The notes beneath the pieces are model-generated. The model searched no databases, was not told where the DNA came from, and saw only the letters and a program-made list of their open reading frames with translations. This document shows positions 38,630 to 54,824 of a DNA stretch of 64,000 nt, one piece after another. Both the position numbers and the translations under genes were made by a program. The DNA is from Eledone cirrhosa. Lineage: Eukaryota. Numbering within the stretch: position 1 is the stretch's first letter; each line of letters starts with the position of its first letter. The DNA lies in contig OZ024740.1 of assembly GCA_964016885.1 (NCBI GenBank), forward strand, positions 402,504,001-402,568,000, in the 5' to 3' direction.

Positions 38630-40590
38630 TGTATTAAGACAAAGATAATACGTCATAATTTGGAGCGGTGAAAACAATTACACGCAAAGACAAAACCACA
38701 TGTATGGCATAAAGATGTCGTAGACTAATGTTCTATTAGGTGGTTCGTGGAGACGTTCTCTGGCAATGAACCAAACAAAAACGAAGATAATACGTCATTA
38801 TGTGGAGCAGTGAGAACAATTACACGCACAGATAAAACCATGTATATGTCGTAGACTAAATTTCTATAAGGAAACCGAATGATTCTCGGCTTCAGAGTTA
38901 AGAATAAAGTAAATAAATTACAGAGGTAATTGAAATTAAATATATACATGCACGCAACCATATACGTACATACACAAGCATACGCGAAAACACCCGCAAT
39001 GGGTATGCCAATACAAGCACGTAGAACAAAAACAAAAACAAAAAACACGCACATACAGACCCCACGCAACGCCTGCACCCGCACGCATACGAACGTATAC
39101 AATAAATACACATAAAAATATACATTAAAAAAAATATATATAAATGCGTGTGTGAGTGTGCGTGTATACATATAGTTATATAAACATATAGAAATATACA
39201 CACATAAATACGTATAAACGCGCTCACACACATACTACCTGTAAAACACATATGTACGCAGACGTACGTCAACCAAAACGCAAAGTACACATATACACAC
39301 ACCCTAGATACGTACGAACCCGCATACTCACACAGACACAAAACTCACGTATACGCATAACCATATGCACATGTACTAGTATATATAATATATACATCAT
39401 AACATATACAAGCAAATATACGTACGAGAAAGTATACGTACCTTCACAAAATATACAGGTAAAATATACTTACCTATACAAATAAGTAATCGTATAAACT
39501 TAACATATACTTAGCTATCTGCGTATAGTTCGTACTATCCGTTAGGGTATAATGTGGGGCTGTAATACAGGAATGTTTTGCGCAATTTATGTTTACAAGC
39601 CGAAATTGCCTCAGATTTTTTGTTTAAGTTGTAGTATTTGGCGTAATGTGTATTTGGTGTATACGTTCGTACAGGCGTTGCGTGGGTCTGAATGGGCGTG
39701 CGTGTTTTTTTTGGGGGGGTTGTACGTGCTTGTATTGGCATACCCATTGCGGGTGTTTTCGCGTATGCTTGTGTATGTACGTATATGGTTGCGTGCATGT
39801 ATATATTTAATTTCAATTACCTCTGTAATTTATTTACTTTATTCTTAACTCTGAAGCGGAGAATCATTCGGTTTCCTAGTTAGAATTTTAGTCTATGACT
39901 TCAGGTATTTTTTTTTTTTTTTTTTTTATCGATCGACTTTCGTCAAATCGGACCGAGGAAACAATGTTTCCGTTGGTCTTTCCAGTTGCTAGTACTATCT
40001 ATCGGTCACAACTCCAGGTATACCATGGTAATACAGTCTCAATGTTGACCATTCCAATATTCTGTATGTATGATAGTGTCTTGTATCAGATGAAAGAATG
40101 GTATTTAACTAATGTATTGGTACGCGATGGGGCCCACCCACAGCCCCAGCAGACAGAACGGAGAAGGCGTTTCCCCGGAGGATGGCAAGGGAGACGCGCT
40201 GGAAAAGCCACTCCAACTCGCGGGGCTCACACCTGCGGCTGGCCAGCTCAGCGCCTATGGTGGTGAGTAAGGAGGTAGCCCTGGGGCCGAGGACACCAGA
40301 AGTTTCCACTGCCAGGAGAACGACCGCAACCTGTCGGAGAGCGACCGGTATTTGAGGAGTTTGGCTGCCTCAGCCCGACGTGCAGCAGAACCTGGGTCAG
40401 TCGCAGCCTGCTCCAGGTTGCGGCTGCAGAAAGTGTCGGTGCAAGTGGCATCCCAGACGGGGGATATACCATATACGTGGTTTTGTCTTTGCGTGTAATT
40501 GTTCTTACCGGTCCACATAATGACGTATTATCTTCGTTTTTTTCCTTTCATTGCCAGAGAACGTCCCCCACGAACGAAGTACCTAATAGA
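38630..40590. mobile_element. Large inverted-repeat element whose right arm is split by a CRE insertion
   Basis: About 38845-39100 matches the reverse complement of 39650-39899, and about 38728-38845 matches that of 40470-40592. 38641-38728 duplicates 38783-38858. Confidence 0.75.
39908..40462 (-). mobile_element. CRE-like retrotransposon copy 2, 5'-truncated, with 3' UTR and poly(A)
   Basis: VWDATCTDTFCSRNL and ETSGVLGPRATSLL..WLFQRVSLAILRGN, very similar to copy 1. The T-run at 39908-39927 is the poly(A) tail. Confidence 0.88.
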
Positions 40591-40716
40591 ATATTGAGCA
40601 CTCTATTGACTTACAATCATCATGTAGAACTTTTACTCTCTCTATACTGGGAGATAGGCAAAGAGAGAGAGATAGAGAGATTGAGAGAGAGAGAGAGAGG
40701 AGGAGAGAGAGAGAGA

Positions 40717-40781
<65 letters not shown>

Positions 40782-41128
40782 CTAAATAAGGCTAAAACAA
40801 ACAGACACTGCATAGATAATGAAAATAACTTTTGGTCAATTTCCCCCGAAATACACGATGGAACTAGATCCCACCTTGCATGTTAGATGATGTATCTTAT
40901 CTCTCGACTTTGCGTTTTTAGAAATGGATTTAAATGTAAGAATGAATGGTCAAGTAGGTAAGTAGAAAATGTGAAGAGTGTGAGGGAGATTACGGAGAAT
41001 TGCTTGAGTGGCAGTTTGATATCGATACGAATACGTAGCAATAAATGGAGATTATACCATTTATCTATCTAATTCTGTCTCTAGCTTTTTCTTTCTATGT
41101 CTTTCTCTCTCTCTCTCTCGCACACAGA

Positions 41129-41334
<206 letters not shown>

Positions 41335-42111
41335 AGAGTATTGCCAGAAATAATACTAAAACACACTCACTGTTTGGTTTGGATTGATTTTCGCTTCTAT
41401 ATATGTTACATCGCTATACTTAATTTAGCTAGAAATCAATATTTATCATTGATTGACCAACGGTTAAAAATATAGATATAAATATGTATATATTGTCTAT
41501 CAAGGTGACATGATCAGTGGGCTGCTTCAGGCAGAGCAGCTACTTCTTCGAATTCAGACTTCACAGCTCTGATTTTACTGACATGTCGTTAGAATGTCTC
41601 AGGAAATAAATTTATGGGCAAAATAAATTCGCAGGAGACCCTGGGATAGAAACCGAATAATATTGTTGAATAATATCTATGAGCTCGGCTTCTTTCGCCT
41701 GGGGGTCAATTGGAGACAAGATCTACTGGAACGACCCTGTCGGCGTGACCCTCCCAGAAAGAAGAAGAAGAAGAAGAAGAAGAGGAAGAGGAAGAGGAAG
41801 GAGAAGAAATATACAGTTACACCCACACATATATCATTTAAATATATATATATATATATATATCTTTGATTTTATACCTGATTGTGTATGGTTGACGATA
41901 TATTTAACCGATTTCCACGTGCTGTTAGAAATGGTGGGTAAATATTCGATAGCTGTTGATCGCGGATAGATAACTGTCGTTTATTTATCTATTATTTCTT
42001 CATAGGTGCCTTTTAATTCCTTGTTTAATTGTTTTTGTGTGTGGTTGATTACGATGGTTGGGAGAGGAGATAATGTATATATTTTATCAAATGATTCTAT
42101 GGACATACTTT

Positions 42112-42155
<44 letters not shown>

Positions 42156-42161
<6 letters not shown>

Positions 42162-42528
42162 ACGAGTGAAGAATATCATAGTCGGCTGTACAAAAAGGGT
42201 TTTATTTATAGTATTGACAATTGTTTCATTGATCAGGTGAATCTAAAGGCCGCCGATCACTCAAAATTGCATCACTCGACTTGATCAATGAAATAATACA
42301 ATTGTTAATACTGTAAATAAAACCCTTTTTGTACAGTCGACCATGTTATTCTTCACTCTTTCACTATTATTTCTCCAAGATTAACCTATTTGGGAATTCT
42401 CGCAAACTCGCTACCTAACTAAGGAGGCCTGTTGTTGAGTCAAACAACGCCGTACGTTAAAACTATCCATAGTACAGACTACTCACAACCTCTAAGTGGA
42501 TTACCTAAAACGATAACTTGTTATCCTA
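42156..42528 (+). mobile_element. Fold-back element, family D
   Basis: Arms 42156-42235 and 42282-42366 with a tail to 42528, (TA)n-flanked. The left arm read on the minus strand gives GAAA caattg TC aatact. Confidence 0.8.
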
Positions 42529-42544
42529 TATATATATAATAGTA

Positions 42545-42680
42545 ATAATAATAAATTTGAAGACTAAAATCCAAAGAGGGCTCGATAAGGATAAATATAT
42601 ATCAAATATATAAGAACCGTAGAGCAAAAGGGTGAAAGCAGCGATTCTTTGCTTAAAGTTTAATCTGTTATTTTAATATA
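42545..42680 (-). mobile_element. Family E copy 3 (one arm deleted)
   Basis: Matches the tail and right arm of 2580-2791. Confidence 0.7.
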
Positions 42681-43720
42681 TATATATAATATATATAGTA
42701 GAATAATCGAGAATCGGAATATCAGCCCACGAAATCACGATAAACAATATCCGACATGTGTGGCAGAGGGCTCAATAATTTGGATAAATCAGAGCTATAA
42801 CTATCGTTAAAATACCAACACATAGAGATCATGCCTAAAATCACCCGTGCAGCCAAAAAAGAACGACCAGGAATATTCGGGTCACTCAAATAAAATATCA
42901 ATAAATTAATAAATTAAATGAATGTAAATATATATAGGATAACAAGTTATATATATATAATTTGTTCGTGAGTGTATGGAGGAGGTCAACTAATGTCCAT
43001 ACATTACTACTAGAGACACGCGCATAAAATAAGTGAAGTTGTGATCCAAATCATGTGTAGGGAATGGAATTGCAATATGATCTCGAAGAAGTTGGTATAA
43101 TTCTAAACCCTATCATGATGTCATGGCAACGCCTCTTCCTTCTGGTTACCTTGGATATGAAAATAAAATGCTAGTTTGTTGTGTTGGCGCTATTTTTGTT
43201 AGACAATATAAAGTAGGCATTTGGAAGGAAGACCCTAAAATATGAAGACTATTGGGATTCACGTGATGCTCGAAGATAAAGGTTAAGACAAGATATTCTA
43301 TCAGAGATTGGTTATCTGGTTAGTGGAGCACAGAATGTGTATTCAAGGGTATAGTAGACCTAAAACCACAGCCGAGGGTAAAGAATATAACCTCAGATAG
43401 GAGTAAAAGAAGTAGTTACATCAACACTCGATTGACTATTAAGGCTGCCACAATAAAAGGAGGAACAATCCTGCTACAGACTGATATAGCTATACCTGGC
43501 TATTCTTTCTTAGTACCAATGATACTTGGTACACCTAGAGAGAGGCATACTCCGGAATTGTAAAAATTATTGTGATCTCCAGTAAACAGAAAATGAAGAT
43601 CGTGTATAAGAGTGCAAGGTGTATATAAAACAAAATATAAAATATAATATAATATAATAGAATATTATATTATTTTGCATTATATATATAAAATTATAAA
43701 TACATATTAGACACATACAC

Positions 43721-43777
<57 letters not shown>

Positions 43778-44535
43778 CTCGTGTGTGCGTTTGTTTGTTT
43801 GTGTGCTTGTGTGTTTGTGTGTTTGTTTGTTTGTGTGCTTGTGTGTGTCTGTGTGTTTGGGTGTGTGTTTGCATACATATATGTATATATAATAATAAAA
43901 ATTCTGAGAACTCAAATCTTAGACAACAAAACAATAGCACACAACAGCAAAGGTACATTGATAATAACAACAATAACAATAAAAGAAACCAACAGCAACA
44001 GTACAATCAGCATCAACCACGAAAAACATGGCAAAACAATCAAGAAAACTTGTATGAAAGATACTTCTGTGAAAGATTCCTGGAGCCGTTTAGTGTTTGG
44101 CCTATAGAATTAGCTTGCGTATTTATGTCAAGTCTAATATGAGATGTTTGTATCATGATGGAAATAGAGGAAAGTAGAGAGAAAGCAAGGAAAGAAAATA
44201 AACTAACAAAAACGAACAAAGATATAAAGTATAAAGAAGAAACTGAATAATCGATATGTGTGATTATTTTGAAAAAAATGGTGGTGTGGTGTGATGCTGT
44301 TTCGTGGTTCTGTTGTTTTCACTGACGATTTTGTTTCTAACTGATGTTTGACGGTAATAGGGGGTGGTAGACATATCATGAAGACTGAAATGGTTGCTCT
44401 AAAGACGGAATATCCGGATAAAGTTATCCTGTCAAAGAAGGAGAAGCGCAATGTCAATGAAGCAGGTTAATAAGCCGAAGGCGACGTTAGTATTTTTCTT
44501 CAATGCCACCAATTAACTGGGTGGTCTTCAACGAG

Positions 44536-44663
<128 letters not shown>

Positions 44664-44718
44664 TATATATATACTGTATATATTACTATATATTACTATA
44701 TATTACTATATATACTGT

Positions 44719-44775
<57 letters not shown>

Positions 44776-44829
44776 CACACATATATATATATATACACAT
44801 ATATATATTATTTTTATACACATACACAC

Positions 44830-44916
<87 letters not shown>

Positions 44917-45249
44917 TACACATCATAGCAAATATATATATGTATGTATGTGTATAAATAAATATAAATATGTGTATATATATGTAAATATATATGTGTA
45001 TGTATATATAAATATATATATATATGGGAGAGAGAGAGAGACAGATTACAAACATTTTTCTTATACTTCTTTTTACTTCTTCTTCTTCATCTTTCCTTCT
45101 TTTCCGTCGTCGTCGTCGTCTTTCTTCTACACTATCTTCTTCCAAATTAGTCTGTCAATTAGACAGACAGAATAGGGGAATGACAGAAAAAGTAGCAGGG
45201 AAAGATCTATTATTATTACAATAAATTATCATTCTTGTTATACTTCAAT

Positions 45250-48200
45250 GTCATCATCATCATCCCAACAACATATTCACCATCACCATCACCATCATCC
45301 CAACAACACATCACCATCACCATCATCATCATCCCAACAACACATTCACCATCACCATCACCATCATCCCAACAATACATTCACCATCACCATCATCATC
45401 ATCCCAAAAACACATTCACCATCACCATCACCATCATCCCAACAACACATTCACCATCACCATCAACATCATCCCAACAACGCATTCACCATCACCATCA
45501 CCATCATCCCAACAACATATTCACCATCACCATCATCGTCATCCGAACAACACATTCACCATCACCATCATCCGAACAACATATTCACCATCGCCATCAT
45601 CATCATCCCAACAACATATTCACCATCACCATCCTCATCATCCAAACAACATATTCACCATCACGATCACCATCATCCCAACAACACATTCACCATCACC
45701 ATCATCATCATCCCAACAACACATTCACCATCACCATCAACATCCTCCCAACAACATATCCACCATCACCATCATCATCATCGCAACAACATATTCACCA
45801 TCACCATCATCCGAACAACATATTCACCATCACCATCGTCCGAACAACATATTCACCATCACCATCATCCCAACAACACATTCACCATCACCATCACCAT
45901 CACCATCATCCCAACAACATATTCACCATCACCCTCACCATCACCATCATCCCAACAACATATTCACCATCACCATCACCATCACCTTCATCCCAACAAA
46001 ACATTCACCATCACCATCATCCCAACAACATATCCACCATCACCATCACCATCATCCCAACAGCACTTTCACCATCATCATCACCATCATCCCAACAACA
46101 TATTCACCATCACTATCATCATCATCCCAACAAAATATTCACCATCACCATCATCATCATCCCAACAACGCATTCACCATCACCATCACCATCATCCCAA
46201 CAACATATTCACCATCACCATCACCGTCATCCGAACAACACATTCACCATCACCATCATCCGAACAACATATTCACCATCGCCATCATCATCATCCCAAC
46301 AACATATTCACCATCACCATCCTCATCATCCCAACAACACATTCACCATCACCATCACCATCATCCCAACAACATATTCACCATCACCATCATCATCATC
46401 CCAACAACATATTCACCAGCACCATCACCATCATCCCAACAACATATTCACCATCACTATCATCATTATCCCAACAACATATTCACCATCAACATCATCA
46501 TCATCCCAACAACATATTCACCATCACCATCATCATCATACAAAAACAACATATTCACCATCACCATCATCATCATCCCAACAGCATATTCACCATCATC
46601 ATCATCATCATCATCATCATCACAACAACACATTCACCATCACCATCACCATCATCCCAACAACACATTCACCATCACCATCACAATCATCCCAACAACA
46701 TATCCACTATCACCATCACCATCATACGAACAACACATTCACATTCACCATCACCATCATCCGAACAACATATTCACCATCACCATCATCATCATCCCAA
46801 CAACATATTCACCATCACCATCATCCCAACAACATCATCATCATCCCAACAACAAATTCACCATCACCATCACCATCATCCCAACAACATATTCACCATC
46901 ACCCTCACCATCATCCCAACAACACATTCATCATCACCATCACCATCACCATCATCCCAACAACACATTCACCATCACCATCACCATCATCCCAACAACA
47001 CATTCACCATCACCATCACAATCATCCCAACAACATATCCACTATCACCATCACCATCATACGAACAACACATTCACATTCACCATCACCATCATCCGAA
47101 CAACATATTCACCATCACGATCATCATCATCCCAACAACATATTCACCATCACCATCATCCCAACAACATCATCATCATCCCAACAACATATTCACCATC
47201 ACCATCACCATCATCCCAACAACATATTCACCATCACCACCACCATCATCCCAACAACACATTCACCATCACCATCATCATCATCCCAACAACATATCCA
47301 CCATCACCATCATCATCATCCCAACAACATATTCACCATCACCATCATCATCATCCCAACAACATATTCAACATCACCATCATCATTATCCCAACAACAT
47401 ATTCACCATCACCATCATCATCATCCCAACAACAAATACACCATCACCATCATCATCATCCCAACAACATATTTACCATCACCATCACCATCATCCCAAC
47501 AACATATTCAACATCATCATCATCATCATCATCATCACAACAACACATTCACCATCACCATCATCATCATCCCAACAACATATTCACCATCACCATCACC
47601 ATCATCCGAACAACATATTCACCATCACCATCATCATCATCCCAACAACATATTCACCATCACCATCATCATCATCCCAACAACACATTCAACATCACCA
47701 TCATCCCAACAACATATTCACCATCACCATCACCATCATCAGCATCTCAACAACATATTCACCATCACCATCATCATCATCCCAACAACATATTCACCAT
47801 CACCATCATCATCATCATCATCCCAACAACACATTCACCATCACCATCAACATCATCCCAACAACACATTCACCATCACCATCATCATCATCCCAACAAC
47901 ATATCCACCATGACCATCATCATCATCATCATCCCAACAACATATTCACCATCACCATCATCATCATCCCAACAACATATTCACCATCACCATTACCATC
48001 ATCCCGACAACATATTCACCATCACGATCACCATCATCCCAACAACACATTCACCATCACCATCACCATCATCCGAACAACACATTCACCATCACTATCA
48101 TCATCATCTCAACAACACATTCAGCATCACCATCACCATCATCCGAACAACACATTCACCATCACCATCATCCGAACAACATATTCACCATCACCATCAT

Positions 48201-51200
48201 CATCATCATCCCAACAACATATTCACCATCACCATCATCATCATCCCAACAACACATTCACCATCACCATCACCATCATCCCAACAACATATTCACCATC
48301 ACCATCACCATCATCCCAACAACACATTCACCATCACCATCATCATCATCCCAACAACATATCCACCATCACCATCATCATCATCATCCCAACAACACAT
48401 TCACCATCATCATCATCCCAACAACATATTCACGATCACCATCATCATCATCCCAACAACATATTCACCATCACCGTCCTCATCATCCCAACAACATATT
48501 CACCATCACCATCATCCCAACAACATATTCACCATCAGCATCACCATCATCATCATCCCAACAACACATTCACCATCACCATCACCATCACCATCCTCCC
48601 AACAACATATTCACCATCACCATCATCATCATCCCAACAACATATTCACCATCACCATCACCATCATCCCAACAACACATTCACCATCACTATGATCATG
48701 ACCATCACCATCATCCCAACAACATATTCACCATCACCATCACCATCATACCAACAATATATTCACCATCACCATCACCATCATCCCAACAACATATTCA
48801 CCATCACCATCATCATCATCCCAACAACATATTCACCATCAGCATCACCATCATCATCATCCCAACAACATATCCACCATCACCAGCATCATCATTATCA
48901 TCCCAACAACATATTCACTATCACCATCATCATCATCCCAACAACATATTCACCATCACCATCACCATCATCCCAACAACATATTGACCATCACGATCAC
49001 CATCATCCCAACAACATATTCACCATCACATCACCATAATCATCATCCCAACAAAATATTCACCATCACCATCATCATCATCCCAACAACACATTCACCC
49101 TCACCATCAAAATCATCCCAACAACATAGCCACCATCACCATCATCATCATCCCAACAACATATTCACCATCATCATCATCATCATCATCCCAACAACAC
49201 ATTCACCATCACCATCACCATCATCCCAACAACATATTCACCATGACCATCATCATCATCCCAACAACATATTCACCATGACCATCATCACCATCATCCC
49301 AACAACACATTCACCATCACCATCACAATCATCCCAACAACCCATTCACCATCACCATCACCATCATCCCAACAACACATTCACCATCACCATCACCATC
49401 ATCCGAACAACATATTCACCATCACCATCATCATCATCCCAACAACATATTCACCATCACCATCATCATCATCCCAACGACACATTCACCTATCACCATC
49501 ACCATCATCCAAACAACACATTCACCATCACCATCATCCGAACAACATATTCACCATCACCATCATCATCATCCCAACAACATATTCACCATCACCATCA
49601 TTATCATCCCAACAACACATTCACCATCACCATCATCCCAACAACATATTCACCATTACCATCACCATCATCCCAACAACACATTCACCATCACCATTAT
49701 CATCATCCCAACAACACATTCACCATCACCATCAGCATCATCCCAACAACATATACACCATCACCATCACCGTCATCCGAACAACATATTCACCATCACC
49801 ATCATCATCAGCCCAACAACACATTCACCATCACCATCACCATCATCCGAACAACACATTCACCATCACCATCATCCCAACAACACATTCACTATCACCA
49901 TCATCATCATCCCAACAACATATTCACCATCACCATCATCATCATCCCAACAACATATTCACCATCACCATCACCATCACAATCATCCCAACAACATATT
50001 CACCATCACCATTAACATCACCACCATCATCATCCCAACAACATATTCACCATCACCATCATCATCATCCCAACAACATATTCACCATCACGATCACCAT
50101 CATCCCAAAAACATATTCACCATCTCATCACCATCAACATCATCCCAACAACACAATCACTATCACCATCATCATCATCCCAACAACATATTCACCATCA
50201 CCATCACCATCATCCCAACAGCACATTCACCATCACCATCACCATCATCATTAAACCAACAACACATTCACCATCACCATCATCATCATCCCAACAACAT
50301 ATTCACCATCACCATCATCATCATCCCAACAACATATTCAACATCACCATCACCATCATCCCAACAAAATATTCACCATCACCATCACCATCATCTCAAC
50401 AATATATTCGCCATCACCATCACCATCATCATCATCCAAACAACACATTCACCATCACCATCACCATCATCCCAACAACACATTCACCATCACCATCATC
50501 ATCATCCCAACAACATATCCACCATCACCATCACCATCATCCCAACAACACATTCACCATCACCATCATCATCATCCCAACAACATATTCACCATCACCA
50601 TCACCATCATCCCAACAACATATCCACCATCACCATCACCATCACCATCACCCCAACAACATATCTACCATCACCATCACCTTCATCCCAACAACATATT
50701 CACCATCACCATCACCATCATCCCAACAACATATTCACCATCACCATCATCCAAACAACACATTCACCATCACCACCATCATCCCAACAACATATTCACC
50801 ATCACCATCCTCATCATCCCAACAACATATTCACCATCACCATCATCATCATCGTCATCCCAACAACATATTCACTATCACCTTCATCATCATCCCAACT
50901 ACATATTCACCATCACCATCACCATCACCATCATCCCAACAACATATTCACCATCACCATCACCATCATCCCAACAGCACATTCACCATCACCATCTCCA
51001 TCATCATTAAACCAACAACACATTCACCATCACCATCATCATCATCCTAACAACATATTCACCATCACCATCATCATCATCCCAACAACATATTCAACAT
51101 CACCATCACCATCATCCCAACAAAATATTCACCATCACCATCATCGTCATCCCAACAACACATTCACCATCACCATCATCATCATCCCAACAACATATCC

Positions 51201-54200
51201 ACCATCACCATCACCATCATCCCAACAACACATTCACCATCACCATCATCCCAACAACATATCCACCATCACCATCACCATCATCCCAACAACACATTCA
51301 CCATCACCATCATCCCAACAACATATCCACCATCACCATCACCATCACCATCACCCCAACAACATATGTACCATCACCATCACCATCATCCCAACAACAT
51401 ATTCACCATCACCATCACCATCATCCCAACAACACATTCACCATCACCATCACCTTCATCCCAACAACATATTCACCATGACCATCACCATCATCCCAAC
51501 AACACATTCAGCATCACCATCATCATCATCATCCCAACAACATATTCACCATCACCATCAGCATCATCCCAACAACATATTCACCATCACCATCACCTTC
51601 ATCCCAACAACATATTCACCATCACCATCACCATCATCCCAACAACATATTCACCATCACCATCATCCCAACAACACATTCACCATCACCATCATCATCA
51701 TCCCAACAACATATTCACCATCACCATCACCATCATCCCAACAACATATCCACCATCACCATCACCATCACCATCACCCCAACAACATATCTACCATCAC
51801 CATCATCATCATCCCAACAACATATCCACCATCACCATCACCATCATCCCAACAACACATTCACCATCACCATCATCCCAACAACATATCCACCATCACC
51901 ATCACCATCATCCCAACAACACATTCACCATCACCATCATCCCAACAACATATCCACCATCACCATCACCATCACCATCACCCCAACAACATATGTACCA
52001 TCACCATCACCATCATCCCAACAACATATTCACCATCACCATCACCATCATGCAAACAACACACTCACCATCACTACCATCATCCCAACAACACATTCAC
52101 CATCTCCATCATCATCATCCCAACAACACATTCAGCATCACCATCATCATCATCATCCCAACAACATATTCACCATCACCATCAGCATCATCCCAACAAC
52201 ATATTCACCATCACCATCATCATCATCCCAACAACATATTCACCATCACCATCCTCATCATCCCAACAACACATTCACCATCACCATCACCTTCATCCCA
52301 ACAACATATTCACCATGACCATCACCATCATCCCAACAACACATTCACCATCACCATCATCATCATCCCAACAACATGTCCACCATCACCATCATCATTA
52401 TCCCAACAACATATTCACCATCACCATCATCATCATCCCAACAACATATTCACCATCACCATCATCATTATCCCAACAACATATTCACCATCACCATCAT
52501 CATCATCATCATCCGAACAACACGTTCACCATCACCATCATCATCATCCCAACAGCATATTCACCATCACCATCATCATTATCCCAACAACATATTCACC
52601 ATCACCATCATCCCAACAACATATTCACCATCAGCATTACCATCATCATTATCCCAACAACAAATTCACCATCACCATCACCATCACCATCCTCCCAACA
52701 ACATATTCACCATCAGCATTACCATCATCATCATCCCAACAACAAATTCACCATCACCATCACCATCACCATCATCCCAACAACACATTCACCATCACTA
52801 TGATCATGACCATCACCATCATCCCAACAACATATTCACAATCACCACCACCATCATCCCAACAACATATTCACCATCAATATCATCATCATCCCAACAA
52901 CATATTCACCATCACCATCATCATCATCCCAACAACATATTCACCATCACCATCATCAACATCCCAACAACATATTCACCATCACCATCACCATCATCAT
53001 CGTCCCAACAACATATCCACCATCAGTATCATCATCATCATCATCCCAACAACACATTCACCATCACCATCATTATCATCCCAACAGCATATTCACCATC
53101 ACCATCATCATCATCCCAACAACATATTCACCATCACCATCACCATCATCCCAACAACATATTCACCATCACGATCACCATCATCCCAACAACATATTCA
53201 CAATCACATCACCATCATCATCATCCCAACAAAATATTCACCATCACCATCATCATCATCCCAACAACACATTCACCCTCACCATCAAAATCATCCCAAC
53301 AACATATCCACCATCACCATCATCATCATCCCAACAACATATTCACCATCATCATCATCATCATCCCAACAAAATATTCACCATCACCATCATCATCATC
53401 CCAACAACACATTCATCATCACCATCACCATCATCCCAACAACATATTCACCATCACCATCATCATCATCCCAACAACATATTCACCATGACCATCATCA
53501 TCATCATCCCAACAACACATTCACCATCACCATCAACATCATCCCAACAACACATTCACCATCACCATCACCATCATCCCAACAACACATTCACCATCAC
53601 CATCACCATCATCCTAACAACATATCCACCATCACCATCATCCGAACAACATATTCACCATCACCATCACCATCATCCGAACAACACATTCACCATCACC
53701 ATCATCATCATCCCAACAACATATTCACCATCACCATCATCATCATCCCAACGACACATTCACCATCACCATCACCATCATCCAAACAACACATTCACCA
53801 TCACCATCATCCGAACAACATATTCACCATCACCATCATCCCAACAACATATACACCATCACCATCACCATCATCCGAACAACACATTCACCATCACCAT
53901 CATCCCAACAAGATATACACCATCACCATCACCATCATCCGAACAACACACTCACCATCACCATCACCATCATCCGAACAACATATTCACCATCACCATC
54001 ATCATCATCCCAACAACATTTTCACCATCACCATCATCATCATCCCAACAACACATTCACCATCACCATCATCCGAACAACACATTCACCATCACCATCA
54101 TCCGAACAAGATATTCACCATCACCATCATCATCATCCCAACAACATATTCACCATCACCATCATCATCATCATCCCAACAACATATTCACCATCACCAT

Positions 54201-54540
54201 TATCATCATCCCAACAACATATTCACCATCACCATCACCATCACAATGAACCCAACAACATATTCACCATCACCATTACCATCACCACCATCATCATCCC
54301 AACAACATATTCACCATCACCATCATCATCATCCCAACAACATATTCACCATCACGATCACCATCATCCCAACAACATATTCACCATCACCATCACCATC
54401 ACAATGAACCCAACAACACATTCACCATCACCATTACCATCACCACCATCATCATCCCAACAACACATTCACCATCACCATCACCATCATCCCAACAGCA
54501 CATTCACCATCACCATCACCATCAACATCCTCACCATCAT
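45250..54540. repeat. 9.3-kb minisatellite/satellite, unit CCCAACAACA(T/C)ATT + (CAC/CAT)n, mostly about 26-38 bp
   Basis: Direct reading; roughly 290 units estimated from length; the plus strand is almost G-free. Confidence 0.95.
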
Positions 54541-54618
54541 TGACGCAGTTTGTGGTTATCTTCTCGTTCAATGTTTAGAATGTATATGTTATGTTGATGC
54601 TGTTATATTTGAAGACAT

Positions 54619-54718
54619 TGCCGAAGTTAACTTTGCCTTACGTCCTTACGGGTTCGATAAAATAAAGTACCAGTAATACACTGAGATAATTTCTGGCCTT
54701 GTGCCAAAAGTAGAAACA
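54619..54718 (+). mobile_element. SINE 3' half
   Basis: ctttgcctt..tccttacgggttcgataaaataaagtacc..ggccttgtgccaaaagtagaaac. Confidence 0.75.
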
Positions 54719-54824
54719 ATTATTATTATTATTAATATTATTGTTGTTCTTGCTTTTCCATTCATATATAGGATGTTATATGATGTTATGGAAATAACAC
54801 CAGTAGTTGACAGGTACTTTATTT

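Noticed and set aside
43000-43510. Additional R4-like remnant (WYNSKP, DIAIPG)
   Set aside because: Too decayed to support boundaries or assignment.
45235-54407. ORFs of 250-1263 aa as His/Ser/Thr-rich proteins
   Set aside because: Overlapping frames give the same peptides, and openness follows from the G-poor repeat. There is no unique domain or signal peptide.
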